A model generated the notes under the pieces. That model made no database searches, had not been told where the DNA came from, and saw only the letters and a list, made by a program, of their open reading frames with translations. From the sequence record DRR723986_6608: a stretch of DNA of 38,652 nucleotides, one strand, 5' to 3'. Shown in pieces: positions 8,618-18,990 of this stretch. A program made the position numbers and the translations under genes. Within the stretch, counting starts at the first letter, position 1; every line of letters begins with the position of its first letter.

Positions 8618-8708
8618 CTTGCAAAAGCGTCGCTCGTGGTAAGAAAAATGTCACACTGTTTCTCTACTATGCGTCGCTTAGCTACAACGGTAGGGATGAT
8701 GTACAACT

Positions 8709-9587
8709 GTGGATAAATTGGCGGTAGTAAAAATTTTGCGTAGCTCCCAGTTGCGCTCCGCCATCAGCGCCTTGCTTTTAGTGTTGTTGATTGTGTTGCT
8801 GACCGAGCTATTTTGGAGTGTCGCCAGCATCTTGCGCACGCCAACGTTGCCCCCGGCCAGCGTTGCCACGGTTGATGTTGCGACAGGCAATGGCCCTGAC
8901 TACAGTGTCCAGTCTTTGCTAGCCGTCCCCCTGTTTGGCGAGCCACCCAAGGCGGCGGTGGATGAACAGACGATCCAGAAGGATATCAAACGCAGCCGTC
9001 TGAAAATTACCGTGCTTGGCGTTGTTGCCGGCAGCAAAGACAGTGGCGTGGCGATTCTGCGCCACGGCAGCAAGACTAAAGCCTACGGTGTGGGAGAAAA
9101 GATAGAAGTCGCCGGGGCCGTGAAACTGTTGGCGGTAATGCCTGACCACATTGTGATTGAGAACAACCGCAAGCAGGAAAAAATTGAACTGCAAAAACGC
9201 CGCGTGAGCCAGGGGATTAGCGCAACAGCCACTCCCTCAGCGGCGAACGGCGATGTGATCGACCTGAATCGTGCTGAAATTCGCGATCTTATCGGCGACC
9301 CGCGACAGACAATTCAAAATAGCCCGCTGCGTCTGGCGCGCTTTTTTGCCGCGAGCCCGGTAATGGAGGGCGAGCAGCTGATTGGCTACGAGATGAAGCC
9401 GGGGCGCGATCCGCGCCTTTTTAAACTGCTTGATTTGAAACCAGGCGATGTCGTTTTATCGGTGAATGGCCAGTCGTTGTCGGAGTTGCCGACTACCGAA
9501 TTAATGAAGCTGATGGAAACCACGCAATCCTTCGAGCTGCTTGTGCAGCGCAACAATACGATTTTGAGCAAAAGATTGGATATATGA
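8709..9587 (+). CDS. gspC: type II secretion protein C
   Basis: TM helix, PLFG motif, HR domain (LKITVLGVVAG...AIL) and C-terminal PDZ; first gene of the gsp operon. Confidence 0.92.
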   Translation: MDKLAVVKILRSSQLRSAISALLLVLLIVLLTELFWSVASILRTPTLPPASVATVDVATGNGPDYSVQSLLAVPLFGEPPKAAVDEQTIQKDIKRSRLKITVLGVVAGSKDSGVAILRHGSKTKAYGVGEKIEVAGAVKLLAVMPDHIVIENNRKQEKIELQKRRVSQGISATATPSAANGDVIDLNRAEIRDLIGDPRQTIQNSPLRLARFFAASPVMEGEQLIGYEMKPGRDPRLFKLLDLKPGDVVLSVNGQSLSELPTTELMKLMETTQSFELLVQRNNTILSKRLDI

Positions 9588-11770
9588 AAACTTTTCTCCT
9601 GAGCCTATCACTGCTGGTGGTACTGGCCGCGCCGCTGCAAGCCGCTTATGCCGAACGCTTCGAACTCGACATGCAAAATGTGGATATCGGTGAATTTATC
9701 GACACGGTTGCCAAATTGACGGGCAAGACCATTGTTGTAGACAGCCGAGTGAAGGGCAAGGTCAGCGTTCAGAGCCACAGAAAACTCGACGCCGATGAAC
9801 TGTATCAAATCTTCCTGTTGCAGCTCGGGGTAGAGGGTTACTCTGCGGTTGAGGCCGGCGACGGTGTGCTCAAAGTTATTCCAAATCAGGCGGCGAAAAT
9901 AGAAGGCATTCAGGTTCAGCGTTCCTCCGCCGCAGTGGGTCGCAGTGAGTCCATCATTACCCGCATCGCGCAGCTGCAAAATGCGGATTCCGACGAGCTG
10001 GTGAAGTCATTACGGCCGCTTGTGGACAATAAAGTCGGGGTAATAACCAGTTACTCCGATGCCAATATCATCTTGATTACGGATCGCGAATCCAATGTTC
10101 GCCGTTTGATGTCGATCATCTCGGCCGTTAATTCTGTCGACTCCCAGTTGATGGAGACCGTTGTGTTGCGTAATTCGTCGGCGGAAGAGGTGGAGCGCGT
10201 TTTAAACAAAGTGCTGTCGCAACAAACGCGCAAACGGGGATCATCCAAACCTGTTGTCGCGGCAGATCCACGGACGAATACGCTTATTCTGTTTGGTGAC
10301 GACGAGGCGCGCAGTTACTTGCGCCGGCTTGTCGCTGACCTGGATAGCGAGGTGTCCAGCCAATCAAATATCCGTGTTAAGTACCTGAAGTACGCCAAAG
10401 CGGAGGAACTGGCAAAAGTTCTGAAAAGCATAAGCGACACCATTGTTAAAGATGAGCAAAGCGCGGGCCGAAATGCGGCGCCGGGTGTATCTTCGTCAAT
10501 TAACATTGAAGCCCACGAGCAGACGAACTCCATCGTCATGTCGGGTAGCCCACATATTATCTCTGACTTGGAAAAAATCATTCGCGACCTGGATATCCGT
10601 CGTGCCCAGGTGTTGGTCGAAGCCATCATTATTGAAGTGACGGACAGCAAGGCCAAAGAGTTAGGGGTGCAGTGGTTGTTCAGAGGGTCTCAAGAGGGAA
10701 GCACACCCGCAGGCGGCATTAATTTCGGCGGCGGTGCATCCGGTACCAGCGGCACACCGGGAATCATTAGTCTGTTGGCTGGCAGCGATGCTGCGGCGGC
10801 AGCGGCATCGACGGTCAAGGGCGCTGCCATCGGTCTGGGGAAACTGTCGGATGGCTTTAGCTTCGCTACCCTGGTCTCGGCGTTGGCGAGTGACTCGGAG
10901 TCAAATATTCTCTCTACGCCCAGCCTGCTCACCTTGGACAACGAAGAGGCATCTATTCTGGTGGGGCAGGAAATTCCGGTGATCACTGGTTCAACCGCCA
11001 GTTCCACAAATACCAACCCTTTCCAGACCATCGAGCGGCAAGAAGTGGGGACCAAGCTCCTGATGACGCCGCAGATTAACGATGGCGATGCTGTGCAAAT
11101 GACCATCGAACAGGAGGTGTCCTCGCTCAGCCCGGCAACCAATGCTGCCGATGTTATTACCAATAAGCGCACCATTAAAACGACAGTACTGGTGAACGAC
11201 GGCGCAACAATCGTGCTGGGCGGCCTTATTGATGATCAGGTCAATGAGCAGACGGCGAAGGTGCCGTTGTTGGGCGATATCCCCCTGTTGGGCAGATTGT
11301 TTCGCGCGGACAACACCAGCATGTCCAAGCGCAATTTGATGGTGTTTATCCGGCCAACGATCGTCCGTGACCAGGCAACACTCTCTGAACTCAGTGGCAG
11401 AAAGTACAACTTTATTCGCACCGAGCAGTTAGCTAAAGCTGCATCCGGTATTTCCTTGTTCCCATTCACCGAGCTATCGGTGTTACCAGAATGGTCCGGC
11501 CTGGAACCGTCGCCGGTAGATTTGCTGCCCCGCGAAACCCTGGCGGAGCCGCCGGTTAAGGCATCGCCAGCCGCCGACACTAAACCCGCACCGCAGAATT
11601 CACCAGCGCCGCAACCACCTGCGCAGCAGGGCGCCGCTGCCAGCCCAGCAGAGGAAGCGCCGGTTACGGCCGAGCCCATAGAGTGGCGCAAGGACGAATG
11701 CAGTCGGCGGGTACGCGCAGGCTCGAAGATGCCGCGCCGCTGCGACGGCGCTGAGGATGGCCAAGCCTGA
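9584..11770 (+). CDS. gspD: type II secretion secretin D
   Basis: Signal peptide, N0-N3 domains, LDIRRAQVLVEAIIIEV, KVPLLGDIPLLGRLF and NLMVFIRPTI. Confidence 0.97.
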   Translation: MKTFLLSLSLLVVLAAPLQAAYAERFELDMQNVDIGEFIDTVAKLTGKTIVVDSRVKGKVSVQSHRKLDADELYQIFLLQLGVEGYSAVEAGDGVLKVIPNQAAKIEGIQVQRSSAAVGRSESIITRIAQLQNADSDELVKSLRPLVDNKVGVITSYSDANIILITDRESNVRRLMSIISAVNSVDSQLMETVVLRNSSAEEVERVLNKVLSQQTRKRGSSKPVVAADPRTNTLILFGDDEARSYLRRLVADLDSEVSSQSNIRVKYLKYAKAEELAKVLKSISDTIVKDEQSAGRNAAPGVSSSINIEAHEQTNSIVMSGSPHIISDLEKIIRDLDIRRAQVLVEAIIIEVTDSKAKELGVQWLFRGSQEGSTPAGGINFGGGASGTSGTPGIISLLAGSDAAAAAASTVKGAAIGLGKLSDGFSFATLVSALASDSESNILSTPSLLTLDNEEASILVGQEIPVITGSTASSTNTNPFQTIERQEVGTKLLMTPQINDGDAVQMTIEQEVSSLSPATNAADVITNKRTIKTTVLVNDGATIVLGGLIDDQVNEQTAKVPLLGDIPLLGRLFRADNTSMSKRNLMVFIRPTIVRDQATLSELSGRKYNFIRTEQLAKAASGISLFPFTELSVLPEWSGLEPSPVDLLPRETLAEPPVKASPAADTKPAPQNSPAPQPPAQQGAAASPAEEAPVTAEPIEWRKDECSRRVRAGSKMPRRCDGAEDGQA

Positions 11771-13251
11771 TGTCGCGCCCGTTAAGTTACGCTTTTGCAC
11801 GCACTAATCGCCTGTTGGTGGAGGACGGCGAGCACGGCCCTCAGGTGTTGGTTTGCCGCACCACGCCAGCGTCTGCCTTAGCAGAGGTTCAGCGCGCACT
11901 GAATACGTCTTTCTCAATGGCGCTATGTGATGAGGACGCGCTGCAAGAGAAGATTAACGAGGCTTTTCAGCGTCAGCAGGGCGATGCGATGTCGGCGATG
12001 GGCGATATCAGCGACGAAGTGGACCTTGACCGCTTGGCTGAGGAGATCCCCGAGTCTCAGGACCTGTTGGACGCGCAGGATGACGCCCCTGTTATCCGCC
12101 TGATTAATGCCTTGTTCGGTGAAGCGCTAAAGCGCGACGCTTCCGATATTCATATTGAAACCTACGAGAAAACCATGTCGGTTCGCTTGCGAGTGGACGG
12201 CATTCTGCAAGAAGTATTAACACCCAACCGCCGCCTCGCCCCCTTGCTGGTGTCGCGCATAAAGGTGATGTCTCGCCTCGATATTGCGGAAAAACGCGTA
12301 CCCCAGGATGGTCGCGTATCACTGCGGATCGCCGGTCGTTCGGTGGACGTGCGGGTGTCGACCATTCCATCGAATTACGGCGAGCGTGTGGTGATGCGCC
12401 TGCTGGATAAACAGGCTGCGCGAATCGATCTATCTCATCTGGGTATGCCCGAGAGAACGCTGGCGAAACTGACCGACCTGTTGCATCAGCCCAACGGTAT
12501 TATCCTGGTGACCGGGCCGACCGGCTCCGGTAAAACCACCACGCTTTATGCTGGGTTGATGGCCTTGAACGACCGCAAGCGGAATATTCTCACCGTGGAA
12601 GACCCGGTAGAGTACGACATTGAAGGAATCGGTCAGACGCAAGTGCATGCCAAAGTGGGTATGACCTTCGCGAGGGGCCTGCGGGCGATTCTTCGCCAGG
12701 ACCCTGATGTTGTGATGGTCGGCGAGATACGCGACCAAGAGACGGCCGAAATTGCCGTACAGGCATCGTTAACCGGTCACATGGTGTTATCGACCCTGCA
12801 CACCAACACCGCCATTGGCGCCATTACGCGTCTGGTCGACATCGGTGTAGAGCCGTACTTGATTGCGTCGAGCTTAAAAGGTGTATTGGCACAGCGCCTG
12901 GTGCGTCGTTTGTGTCAGTCCTGCCGCCAGCCAATAACGCTGGATGCGACGGAAGCGCGCCTGCTGGGAGATACCCAGTTAGAGGGTCAGCAAGCCTACA
13001 ATGCCGGTGGCTGCGATGCGTGCCAGCACTCTGGTTATCGCGGTCGTCAGGGCGTTTATGAATTGTTGGTGATCGACAGGGAACTGGCGGAAATGATCCA
13101 CAATCGCGCCGGCGAGCAGGAGATTCAGCGCTATGCCAGTGCCCGAATGACAACGCTGATGTCAGAGGGGCGGCGGCTGGTGCTCGAAGGCCAAACGAGC
13201 CTCGACGAATTGTTGCGCAGCGTTCGCGAGGGTGCCGATGCCGGCCTTTGA
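11770..13251 (+). CDS. gspE: type II secretion ATPase E
   Basis: ASDIHIE, Walker A GPTGSGKTT, LRQDPDVVMVGEIRD, TGHMVLSTLHTN and a tetracysteine motif. Confidence 0.97.
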   Translation: MSRPLSYAFARTNRLLVEDGEHGPQVLVCRTTPASALAEVQRALNTSFSMALCDEDALQEKINEAFQRQQGDAMSAMGDISDEVDLDRLAEEIPESQDLLDAQDDAPVIRLINALFGEALKRDASDIHIETYEKTMSVRLRVDGILQEVLTPNRRLAPLLVSRIKVMSRLDIAEKRVPQDGRVSLRIAGRSVDVRVSTIPSNYGERVVMRLLDKQAARIDLSHLGMPERTLAKLTDLLHQPNGIILVTGPTGSGKTTTLYAGLMALNDRKRNILTVEDPVEYDIEGIGQTQVHAKVGMTFARGLRAILRQDPDVVMVGEIRDQETAEIAVQASLTGHMVLSTLHTNTAIGAITRLVDIGVEPYLIASSLKGVLAQRLVRRLCQSCRQPITLDATEARLLGDTQLEGQQAYNAGGCDACQHSGYRGRQGVYELLVIDRELAEMIHNRAGEQEIQRYASARMTTLMSEGRRLVLEGQTSLDELLRSVREGADAGL

Positions 13252-14455
13252 GTACCGAGCACTCGACGCTGGCGGCGCCAGTCGCAAGGGCATCGTCGAA
13301 GCCGATTCGATCCGCATGGCAAGGCAAGCCCTGCGAGATCAGCAGTTATTTCCGGTAGAAGTAAAAGCCACGCGCGATAAATCTTCCGGTAAGGGTGGCC
13401 TGTCGTTGTCGCGGCCGCGCATCGGTATTGCCGATCTGGCGCTGTTCACCCGCCACTTAGCAACACTGATACATTCCGGAATACCGGTTGAAGAGGCCTT
13501 GGCGGCAACGGCAAAGCACAGTCGCAAAGAAGCGCTCAAGCGCATAATTCTGGAATTGCGTTCGCGGGTATTGGAGGGGCACTCGCTCGCCGATGGCCTG
13601 AACGATCACCCCCACGTGTTTAATTCTGTTTACCGTGCACTGGTCAGCTCTGGCGAAAAATCCGGTGATTTGGCAGAGGTGTTAAATCAGCTTGCAGAAT
13701 ACACCGAAGACAGCCAAAAGCTGCGGGGTGTGATTGTGCAGGCGGCGCTCTATCCCGTGGTATTGTGTTTTGTCGCCATCGGCGTCATTACCGCGCTAAT
13801 GACCTATGTTGTTCCAAAGGTCACCGCGCAGTTTGAACACTACGATCAGACGCTGCCGTTTTTAACAAGGGCACTGATTAGCATCAGCGACGGCCTCGCC
13901 AGCTACTGGTATGTGATGATTCTTGCGATAGCGGCCGTCGCGTCGGGCGTTTATCTATGGATGCGCGATCCGCAACGGCGCTTGCGAGCTCATCGCTGGG
14001 TATTGAAGGTGCCGCTTTGGGGACTGCTGATGCTGGAGCTGGACGCGGCGCGCATGCTGCGTACGCTGGCGATTTTGCTGTCGTCGGGGGTACCGTTTTT
14101 GGAAACGCTGAAAGTGGCCTGTGCAACGCTGGGCAATGAGCATTTAAAACAAAGCATGGATCGCGTGCGCGAGCAGGTGCGCGAGGGCAAGAGCTTTAGC
14201 CGGTGTTTACAGGATGAAGCGGAATTGCCCCCAATGGCGGTGTATATGATCGCCAGTGGCGAATCCAGTGGCGAGTTGGAGCAGATGGTTCAGCGCGCCG
14301 CCGCCAACCTGGAGCGCGAGCTTCAGGCTCGTGTGCAAATGTTTGTCAGCCTTTTTGAACCCCTGTTAATCGTGGTTTTGGGGCTGGTAGTCTTAGCGAT
14401 CGTGCTGGCAATTCTGCTGCCGATACTGCAATTGAATAACCTTACTCAGTTTTAG
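13238..14455 (+). CDS. gspF: type II secretion inner membrane protein F
   Basis: MPAFEYRALD start, two GspF repeats (SGEKSG, SGESSG), LYP and EP motifs. Confidence 0.96.
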   Translation: MPAFEYRALDAGGASRKGIVEADSIRMARQALRDQQLFPVEVKATRDKSSGKGGLSLSRPRIGIADLALFTRHLATLIHSGIPVEEALAATAKHSRKEALKRIILELRSRVLEGHSLADGLNDHPHVFNSVYRALVSSGEKSGDLAEVLNQLAEYTEDSQKLRGVIVQAALYPVVLCFVAIGVITALMTYVVPKVTAQFEHYDQTLPFLTRALISISDGLASYWYVMILAIAAVASGVYLWMRDPQRRLRAHRWVLKVPLWGLLMLELDAARMLRTLAILLSSGVPFLETLKVACATLGNEHLKQSMDRVREQVREGKSFSRCLQDEAELPPMAVYMIASGESSGELEQMVQRAAANLERELQARVQMFVSLFEPLLIVVLGLVVLAIVLAILLPILQLNNLTQF

Positions 14456-14464
14456 GAGGTCGAC

Positions 14465-14908
14465 GTGGAGTCGCGTGCATTGAGTTCTCGCCGCCAACAG
14501 GGTTTCACACTGTTGGAAATCATGGTCGTTATCGTCATCTTGGGGCTCTTGGTGGCCGTTGTTGCTCCGAATGTACTGCAAAACCAGGACCGAGCGATGG
14601 TGGAGAAGGCCCGCGCGGATATAGCGGTGTTGGAACAGTCACTGGATATGTACAAGCTGGACAACCACGTTTACCCAACCACCGATCAAGGATTGATGGC
14701 GCTGGTTAAACGGCCTGAAACGGGCCCCTCGCCGAAAAATTATCGCAGCAATGGCTATATTAAGCGCCTGCCTGAGGACCCCTGGGGTAACCCCTATAAT
14801 TACATCCAGCCTGGTGAGCACGGCCCCTACGACCTGTATTCCACCGGAGCTGATGGTGAAGAGGGCGGTGAGGAGTTAGCCCGTGACATCGTCAACTGGC
14901 AGGAGTAG
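14465..14908 (+). CDS. gspG: major pseudopilin G
   Basis: QG|FTLLE prepilin site; YPTTDQGL; LPEDPWGNPY. Confidence 0.97.
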   Translation: MESRALSSRRQQGFTLLEIMVVIVILGLLVAVVAPNVLQNQDRAMVEKARADIAVLEQSLDMYKLDNHVYPTTDQGLMALVKRPETGPSPKNYRSNGYIKRLPEDPWGNPYNYIQPGEHGPYDLYSTGADGEEGGEELARDIVNWQE

Positions 14909-15389
14909 TCAACGCGGCTTCTCTTTGCTGGAGCTGTTGGTCGTTATCTTTATTATTGGCCTGATGAGCGGTGTTGCCGTGCTGACTCTGCCCAGCAGAG
15001 GTGGCGAAGAACTGCTGCGAGAGAATCGCGCGGTAATTCTACTGGCGCTGCGCACAGCAAGGGCAGAAGCGGTGTTTAGTGGCCGCAGTTTGGGCTTGTT
15101 GTGGGATGGCGATAAAGGCCGCTTTCTGAGCCGCAATGCCGACGGCTGGTCAGCCATTACCCAGGGGCCATTGGCCAAGCCTTTGGAGATAGACGACGAC
15201 TTGCGCAGTGAAATCCTGTTAGCAGGCGAGCCATTAAATCTGCCTGAGGGTGATGACCGGCGCGTATTGACACCCCAGATACTGTTTTTGGGCGACGGCC
15301 AGACCAGTCCATTTCAATGGCGCTTATTATCTGCCGATGGCGGCTCTATCAGTGTTGATGACCGCTTGCGACCGGAGGCGGCGCGGTGA
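14883..15389 (+). CDS. gspH: minor pseudopilin H
   Basis: RG|FSLLE site; PQILFLGDGQTSPF; operon position. Confidence 0.9.
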   Translation: MTSSTGRSSQRGFSLLELLVVIFIIGLMSGVAVLTLPSRGGEELLRENRAVILLALRTARAEAVFSGRSLGLLWDGDKGRFLSRNADGWSAITQGPLAKPLEIDDDLRSEILLAGEPLNLPEGDDRRVLTPQILFLGDGQTSPFQWRLLSADGGSISVDDRLRPEAAR

Positions 15390-15748
15390 GGGATCAACGC
15401 GGGTTTACACTGCTTGAGATTATGGTTGCGCTGATGATTTTTGCTACGGCGGCGGTGGCCTTGAGCAAGAGCCTGAGCGAAGCGACCCTAAGCACCGGTG
15501 AGTTTGAGAAGCGCCAATTTGCCGACCTGCTCGCACAAAACCTGCTGATAGACATTCTTCGGGAGGGTTACGGGAACCGTAATCTGGGGGAGAAAAGCCT
15601 TGCGGGTTACGATTTTGTTTGGCGTCGTCGCTTGAGTGATACACCGGATCCCGCTATTCGCCGAGTGGATATCAGTGTTCAGCTCTCTGGCGACGAAGAC
15701 ACCCTAGCCAGCCGCAGCGCCTATATGCCGAAAAAGGTGGACCAGTAA
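15386..15748 (+). CDS. gspI: minor pseudopilin I
   Basis: RG|FTLLEIMVAL; 120 aa; operon position. Confidence 0.9.
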   Translation: MRDQRGFTLLEIMVALMIFATAAVALSKSLSEATLSTGEFEKRQFADLLAQNLLIDILREGYGNRNLGEKSLAGYDFVWRRRLSDTPDPAIRRVDISVQLSGDEDTLASRSAYMPKKVDQ

Positions 15749-16356
15749 TGCGCAGGCAGGGCGGGTTTACCCTTGTCGAGCTACTGATTGCCATCGGCAT
15801 CATGGCCTTATTGGGCGCGATGGCCAGCGCCATGCTGAATGGCGCACTGTCGAATCAAGAGCAGGTCGCTAAGCGCCAATACCAGCTGGAGCGCCTGGCA
15901 CTGGCCCTGCAGATGATGCGCCGGGATTTGGAGCAACTTACGCCGCGGATTCCCCGGGATGAACAAGGTGACGCGATGGGGGCAAGAATCGTCGCTGAAC
16001 AGATTGGTGAAAACAGTGAGTTGGAGTTTGTTCACGGTGGCCGCCGTGTATTGCCGGGGCAGCGTTTAGCCAGCACCCTGGAGCGCGTGCAATACCGTCT
16101 TGAAGACGGCCAGTTGCAGCGCCACAGCGCGGGCGTTGCCGACCCAACACAGAATAGCCCCTGGCAAAAACGCGTGATGCTCGAGGGGGTGGATCGCTTT
16201 GTTGTCAGTTTTTATGACGGCAGTCGCTGGACCAATTTCTGGCCGCCCAGCACGCAGTTAAATGCCGTGCAGCCCAAGGGTCTGCGCGTCGAGTTGGATG
16301 TTGGCCCATGGCCAGGCATCGAGATGAATGTTGTGCTGCCGGAGCTGGTGCCATGA
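15748..16356 (+). CDS. gspJ: minor pseudopilin J
   Basis: GG|FTLVE; MRRDLEQ; LERVQYRL; operon position. Confidence 0.92.
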   Translation: MRRQGGFTLVELLIAIGIMALLGAMASAMLNGALSNQEQVAKRQYQLERLALALQMMRRDLEQLTPRIPRDEQGDAMGARIVAEQIGENSELEFVHGGRRVLPGQRLASTLERVQYRLEDGQLQRHSAGVADPTQNSPWQKRVMLEGVDRFVVSFYDGSRWTNFWPPSTQLNAVQPKGLRVELDVGPWPGIEMNVVLPELVP

Positions 16357-17333
16357 ATCTGCCGTCGACGCAGCGCGGTGCGGCGCTGCTAATGGTATTG
16401 CTGATGGTCGCCATTATGTTGGTGTTGTCAGTGAACCTGGTGGAATCAGTACGCTACAGCAGTCAGCGGCTGTTGAATCAACGCTACATGGATCAGGCCT
16501 ATTGGTATGCGTTGGGCGGCGAGTACATCGCTGCGAAGTCGCTGGAAGATGTGGCGGGCGAGGACGTTATCGCACTGAATCAGAACTGGGCGCGTCGCGA
16601 TGTAGTCTTCCCCGTGGAGGGCGGCTCTATCGCAGGGCTTATCGACGATCAGCAGGCTTGCTTTAATGTCAATCGCCTGCACCGGCCTGATGGCAGCGAA
16701 CAGAGTGGCCAGAAGAGCGGCGCGCAACAAGTGTTTGAGTTGTTGCTGTTGAATGTGGACGTCGATGTGCAGCGCGCTGAGTATATCGGCCAGCGCTTAA
16801 GCGACTGGGTGGATAGCGACTTCTCGCCTGAGGGCCCTTTTGGGGCAGAAGATTTGAGCTACAGTGGTGAGGATTATCCCTACCTACCGCCCAATCAGGC
16901 CATTGATTCGGTGAGTGAGCTGGGCTTATTTGCCGATTTTGACGCGGAGGAGCAGGAGGCACTGCGGCCCTTTTTATGTGCGCTGCCCGAGTTTGATACC
17001 CGCTTGAATATTAATACGCTGGGCGAGGAAGATGCCCCACTATTGGCGGCAGCTATTGGCAACCTGCTGGCCGTGGAGCAGATACAGCGACTTATTGCTG
17101 AGCGTCCTGCAGAAGGTTGGGCATCCGTTGAGAGTTTTATTGCCAGCTTGGGTCTTCCAGAGGGGCAACAGGTCGCCGCGGAGTTCCAGGCGGGACTGGG
17201 GGTGAAGTCCAGTTATTTTCTCGGGCTGGCCGATGTGTTTTACGAGCAGCGCCGACTGCGCTTATACAGTCGCTTTGTACTTCGCAATGGCAAAGCCTAT
17301 GCCTATGCGCGGGAATATGGAGAAGTTTTTTGA
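16353..17333 (+). CDS. gspK: minor pseudopilin K
   Basis: QRG|AALLMVL; DQQACFNVN; DWVDSD; GAED; LNINT. ATG 16353 overlaps the gspJ stop. Confidence 0.93.
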   Translation: MNLPSTQRGAALLMVLLMVAIMLVLSVNLVESVRYSSQRLLNQRYMDQAYWYALGGEYIAAKSLEDVAGEDVIALNQNWARRDVVFPVEGGSIAGLIDDQQACFNVNRLHRPDGSEQSGQKSGAQQVFELLLLNVDVDVQRAEYIGQRLSDWVDSDFSPEGPFGAEDLSYSGEDYPYLPPNQAIDSVSELGLFADFDAEEQEALRPFLCALPEFDTRLNINTLGEEDAPLLAAAIGNLLAVEQIQRLIAERPAEGWASVESFIASLGLPEGQQVAAEFQAGLGVKSSYFLGLADVFYEQRRLRLYSRFVLRNGKAYAYAREYGEVF

Positions 17334-18511
17334 GCGAACGATTATTGCTATCAATGCCGGCGCCCAATGAGCCTACGGTGCAATGGCTCCAGTGGGACGC
17401 CGAGGCCGAGCAAGTGCTCGACAGTGGTGTTGTCGATGCGCAAGCCAGCGCACTTGCCACACTGGCCGAGCGCTTCGCTTCGCTGCCTTGCTTTGTCGTG
17501 GTGCCGGGCGAGTGGGTGAGCTGGCAACAGGTTGTGCTGCCAAAAGGGGGCCGTGTTGGCTTATCGGCGCTACCATTTTTGCTGGAAGAGCAGCTGTGCA
17601 GTGACCTGGAAAGCGTTCACCTGGCCTGTGGTGCTATCCGTGCCAATGAATCCACCGATGTGCTGGTGGTTGACCGGCAATACATGGACCTCTGGCACGG
17701 CCTGCTGGCCAACAGCGGTTTGAAAATTAAATCGGTGGTACCCGACTACGCCGCGCTGCCCGCCAATGTTGCGCTGATCGATGACGTGCGGGCAGTTGCC
17801 CATATTGGGCAGCAGGCAATTGCCATCGCCAAAGATAACCTCAGCTACTGGTGGCAACTGGCGGCAGGCCAAGATACCTCCGCGCAAATATACCACCTGC
17901 AGGGTACTGAGCTGCCTGAGGGTTTGAATGAGCAAGGCCAACAGGTCTTTGAGCATCGCTTAGCGATGATTGCCAAACTGTGGCAGCCCTGGCCAATTAA
18001 CTTGTTCAGCGGCGCCTATACGTTGCGCGATGAGAGTGCGGCGCAATGGAAGCAATTTCGCTGGCCAGTGCTACTGCTACTAACGGTGCTGTTCACCCAT
18101 TTTATTCAGTTGGCCTTGGACGTTCGTGATAACCGTCGCCAGATCGAACTGTATGAGCAAGGCATGGTGGATATTTATCGCGATGTTTTCCCCGGTGCTC
18201 GAGTCGTGAACGCGCGTAGTCAAATGCGCAGTCAGTTAAATGCTCTGGAGGGCGTGCGCAGCGACAGTGACTTCCTTCCCTGGCTGGAACGGATTGCCAA
18301 TGCCAGTAAAGGCAATGTATCCCTGCGTATTCAGCAAATGACCTATGCCAATAGCGCGATCAAAATTCTCGTCGAAGCAGACAGCTACGACGGCGTCGAT
18401 CGCTGGGTAGCGGCACTCGCCTCTCAGGGTTTTGAGGTGGAGCGGGGCGCCTTTGGGCAGTTGGACAAGGGGATCAGTGGGCAGCTTGAACTGCGGGAGG
18501 CAGCGCAATGA
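17330..18511 (+). CDS. gspL: type II secretion protein L
   Basis: VVVPGE, ALPFLLEEQL and VVPDY; TM helix followed by a periplasmic domain. Confidence 0.92.
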   Translation: MSERLLLSMPAPNEPTVQWLQWDAEAEQVLDSGVVDAQASALATLAERFASLPCFVVVPGEWVSWQQVVLPKGGRVGLSALPFLLEEQLCSDLESVHLACGAIRANESTDVLVVDRQYMDLWHGLLANSGLKIKSVVPDYAALPANVALIDDVRAVAHIGQQAIAIAKDNLSYWWQLAAGQDTSAQIYHLQGTELPEGLNEQGQQVFEHRLAMIAKLWQPWPINLFSGAYTLRDESAAQWKQFRWPVLLLLTVLFTHFIQLALDVRDNRRQIELYEQGMVDIYRDVFPGARVVNARSQMRSQLNALEGVRSDSDFLPWLERIANASKGNVSLRIQQMTYANSAIKILVEADSYDGVDRWVAALASQGFEVERGAFGQLDKGISGQLELREAAQ

Positions 18512-18990
18512 ACGCGTTGATGAATTGGTTTGAAAGCCGCAACGAGCGAGAGCGCACAATTCTGCTGGCGGGGCTGATTGCCGGTGTCCCGCTGCTTATT
18601 TGGCTGGCCGTCTGGCAGCCTCTGATCAGTGCCAAGCAGCAATCGTCTGAGCGATTAGAGCAGCGTCGAGAGGCGTATTTATGGATGCAAGATGCGGCAG
18701 CAAAAGTGCGCGCGGCGCAACGCAGTGGTCGTAAGGTCACAACGGTAACCGGCTCCACCCAGCAACAAATCACCAGCGCTGCCAGGCAATATACAGTTGC
18801 CATCAGCCGCATTGAGCCGCAGAGCGGTGGCCGCTATGCGGTGCAGGTTAGCAATAGCGACTACAACAATATTGTGCGTTTTATCGATGCTCTGGTCGCG
18901 TCGGGCATGCCCTTGCACACCGTCTCAATGAGCCGATTAGATGTGCCGGGTAAAGTGTCGCTGCGAGTGGTATTAGGAGGCGAGGCTTGA
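18508..18990 (+). CDS. gspM: type II secretion protein M
   Basis: W..RNERER, TM helix, WQP and coiled coil; operon position. Confidence 0.9.
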   Translation: MNALMNWFESRNERERTILLAGLIAGVPLLIWLAVWQPLISAKQQSSERLEQRREAYLWMQDAAAKVRAAQRSGRKVTTVTGSTQQQITSAARQYTVAISRIEPQSGGRYAVQVSNSDYNNIVRFIDALVASGMPLHTVSMSRLDVPGKVSLRVVLGGEA

